Below are positions 15,693-17,919 of a stretch of DNA of 17,919 nt, piece by piece; the stretch's first letter is position 1; each line of letters opens with the position of its first letter. Origin of the DNA: Fidelibacterota bacterium (GTDB lineage Bacteria > Fidelibacterota > Marinisomatia > Marinisomatales > TCS55). The notes beneath the pieces were generated by a model, which was given only the letters and a program-made list of their open reading frames with translations, did no database searches and was not told where the DNA came from. Both the position numbers and the translations under genes were made by a program. The DNA lies in the NCBI GenBank assembly GCA_027251445.1, contig JAPNQO010000099.1, forward strand, positions 1 to 17,919. Direction: 5' to 3'.

Positions 15693-16022
15693 TTAATTTG
15701 ATTTTTCTTTATCAGGGTTCCTAACCCAAGATCTTCGGTCTTGAAAAGCTTTAATTTTTAAATCTGCCCAATCGTTCACTATCCGTTTTATTTGGTCACG
15801 TTGTTCTGTATTATCGGACAGATTTTCATCAAGAACATTAATAAGTTCTTCTCTGCGTTGTTGAACTTGTCCATAAGTCATGATGTCTTCTTCAGCAAAA
15901 CCTTCTTTTTCTTTTTGGACTGCATCTTTCTGTTCATCTGCAAAAGATGTTTGCTCTTTTCTACTAGAAAAGACTGCTAGAAACAAAACGACTAAGACTA
16001 TAAGTAAAAATAAAATCTCCAT
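15693..16022 (-). CDS. Hypothetical protein with single N-terminal membrane anchor
   Basis: Hydrophobic residues 3-18 followed by a charged helical domain. SD-like AAGGA overlaps the DASS stop codon; the gap between the genes is 10 bp. Confidence 0.75.
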   Translation of the reverse strand: MEILFLLIVLVVLFLAVFSSRKEQTSFADEQKDAVQKEKEGFAEEDIMTYGQVQQRREELINVLDENLSDNTEQRDQIKRIVNDWADLKIKAFQDRRSWVRNPDKEKSN

Positions 16023-16032
16023 AAAATTATCC

Positions 16033-17568
16033 TTAAAATCCTATTCCTGAAGGGTCAATGCCTAAAATACTAACCCAATAAAAAGCTACCATAACACCTA
16101 ATACAATTAAAGCAGCTGGCCATCCAGCACTCGCCATTCGAATGAAATCTTTAGATTCAAGCTGCCCGCTTGCATATACAATAGAACTTGCCGGTGTACC
16201 AATAACTAGCCAATATGCCATTGAAGTTGCAATAGCTAAACCAACGCCAACTAAGACTGGATTTGTACCAGAACTTTGAGCCATATCTAAGACTACGGGA
16301 CCAATAACAGCAACTGTTGCTCCAGCACTCATCAAATTTGTTAATACCGCGCCAATAACACCAACTAAAATTACTAAACCTACTCCAGAGTTAAGACCAA
16401 GAGGAGCAACTAAGCCCATAATTTGATCAGCAAACCAGCTCGATGCACCAGTACTTTTAAATACACTACCTAAGCTTATACATCCAGCGTATAGTACGAT
16501 AACACCCCAACTAACTTTATCTTCATAATCTTTCCAAGAGGTCAATCCTAAAAGCATATATAATACTGCACCAGAAATGGCAACGCCACCTAGCCCAAGT
16601 GAAAAACCTAATACTTGTTTTGTGAGAGATTTATCAACGATCCATAAAATTACGACAGCTAACATAACTAGAGCTACTAGCTTCTGCTTACCTGTCATAG
16701 CACCATGTTTTTCTAGATCTTTTTTTAACAAATCTACCGCTTCAGATAAATCAGCAACTTCTGGTTTAAATAATAAAGGTAGTAAAAAAGCCATCACAAC
16801 AGACATAACAACCGTGTAGAATACTCCCATGGATATCCATTGCATAAAAGAAACTTCAACGCCAATATTAGAAAGAAATCCAATCATTAAAGCATTACGA
16901 GCACCTCCTGTTGGACTCATTGGCCCACCAATCATACATCCTACTGCAATAGTGACCATTAATAGGGTTCCTAAATTGGGAGATGGTGTAGACTTATTAG
17001 TGAGAGTATATAATGCCATAGCAATCGGTACATACATTGCAGCTACAGCATGTTCACCAACAAAAGCAGTTGGTATTGCCGTTCCTAATAGAATACCAAT
17101 AACGATCATACGAGTTTTTGTACCTGCAAGATTTATAACAAGCATACCAACACGTTTATCAAGACCATATTTTACTAATGTTGCTCCCAGCGCCAATGAT
17201 CCAGCGATAAACCAGACAGCATCATGCGCATAGGTACCAACTATAGATTTTGGTTCTGTGATACCAAAAAATAACTGGACAAGACCAATTAATAATGCTA
17301 CTGCTGGCATGGGAACAGCTTCAGTGGCAAAAAATATTACGCAAGTAGATAATAGAGCTATTATTAGCTTAATATGAGTTGCTTTAGTTAAAATATCTAC
17401 TCCAGCCTGCCCTTGAAATAGCTCTTCAGCCTTTGACATCATTGATTCAGGCATTGGCATAATAAACGCGAGAAGTACAAAAAGGCCTAATCCAATGCCA
17501 AGCCATTTGAAATCTGTTGTCTTTGCGAAACCGCCGCTATTCGATTGTTCGTTGTCTTTTTGAGTCAT
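16033..17568 (-). CDS. DASS/SLC13 family anion transporter
   Basis: FATEAVP, GLDKR, IGGPMSPTGGARN, VSFMQW, VSWGVIVLYAG, STGASSWFA and LVIGTPASSIVYASG; many TM segments with the two-repeat DASS layout. Confidence 0.9.
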   Translation of the reverse strand: MTQKDNEQSNSGGFAKTTDFKWLGIGLGLFVLLAFIMPMPESMMSKAEELFQGQAGVDILTKATHIKLIIALLSTCVIFFATEAVPMPAVALLIGLVQLFFGITEPKSIVGTYAHDAVWFIAGSLALGATLVKYGLDKRVGMLVINLAGTKTRMIVIGILLGTAIPTAFVGEHAVAAMYVPIAMALYTLTNKSTPSPNLGTLLMVTIAVGCMIGGPMSPTGGARNALMIGFLSNIGVEVSFMQWISMGVFYTVVMSVVMAFLLPLLFKPEVADLSEAVDLLKKDLEKHGAMTGKQKLVALVMLAVVILWIVDKSLTKQVLGFSLGLGGVAISGAVLYMLLGLTSWKDYEDKVSWGVIVLYAGCISLGSVFKSTGASSWFADQIMGLVAPLGLNSGVGLVILVGVIGAVLTNLMSAGATVAVIGPVVLDMAQSSGTNPVLVGVGLAIATSMAYWLVIGTPASSIVYASGQLESKDFIRMASAGWPAALIVLGVMVAFYWVSILGIDPSGIGF

Positions 17569-17698
17569 GGATACCCAGAAACTGACTCAGTCTACTAAAA
17601 AAGGCAAGAAAAAATCGCATAGTATAAAAAATCTAATAATAACAATTTTTAAATTTAAGTGGTATTTATTAGAGTGCTCTTTATAATCCAATATAAAT

Positions 17699-17919
17699 AT
17701 GCATAATATTTTGACAATCATCTTTCTTTTTCTATCAATTACAAATTTTTGTAGTGGTCAGATAGAATCCAATATTTCACTTGGTATTGATGAATTTTTA
17801 CTGAAAAAAACAAATGATCTTTATGAAAAAAATATTTGTTTAGTTACAAATAGTGGTGCAATAAATAAAGATGGATTAACTAGCGTCGAAATTCTCAATG
17901 AAGAATTTGATATTCAAAT
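17699..17919 (+). CDS. DUF1343 / exo-beta-N-acetylmuramidase NamZ-like protein (partial; runs off the right edge)
   Basis: Not in the ORF track; hand translation MHNILTIIFLFLSITNFCSGQIESNISLGIDEFLLKKTNDLYEKNICLVTNSGAINKDGLTSVEILNEEFDIQ. Signal peptide plus LGID...L..K.I.LVTN matches the family N-terminus; the diagnostic PEHG would lie outside the window. Confidence 0.7.
   Translation, partial: MHNILTIIFLFLSITNFCSGQIESNISLGIDEFLLKKTNDLYEKNICLVTNSGAINKDGLTSVEILNEEFDIQ

Noticed and set aside
10178..17233. Remaining short antisense ORFs within polA, the ABC genes, the NDT-like gene, the orphan and DASS
   Set aside because: Shadow frames expected opposite real coding sequence.
16033..17568. Apparently higher GC of the DASS gene as a sign of horizontal transfer
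   Set aside because: Explained by Gly/Ala/Val-rich composition; no flanking repeats, integrase or tRNA.
1..17919. CRISPR arrays, IS elements, tRNA/rRNA, frameshifted pseudogenes
   Set aside because: None seen by eye; intergenic spaces are under about 200 bp and the recognised genes appear full length.

Overview
AT-rich, tightly packed bacterial chromosomal segment; no tRNA/rRNA, CRISPR array or mobile element is visible. Gene content (PorZ-like protein with a T9SS/FlgD-Ig C-terminal domain, TonB-dependent receptor with an N-terminal extension) suggests an FCB-group bacterium, plausibly marine Marinimicrobia/SAR406 (inference only). Left to right: partial secreted hypothetical protein (-), M50 site-2 protease plus PorZ-like beta-propeller (+), OPT transporter-adenosine deaminase pair (-), TPP riboswitch with a TonB-dependent receptor (+), arfB (-), a polA / ABC ATPase / ABC-2 permease / NDT-like / alr run (+), DASS transporter plus a small membrane-anchored orphan (-), and the start of a DUF1343/NamZ-like gene (+). 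It is mostly housekeeping and nutrient uptake, and I cannot show a wholly new system. Best leads: an ABC ATPase with five altered motifs including a reciprocal Q-loop/H-switch swap; a minimal TPP riboswitch whose aptamer contains the ribosome-binding site; the OPT-deaminase pair divergent from the vitamin B1 receptor; and a DASS carrier lacking both SNT motifs.
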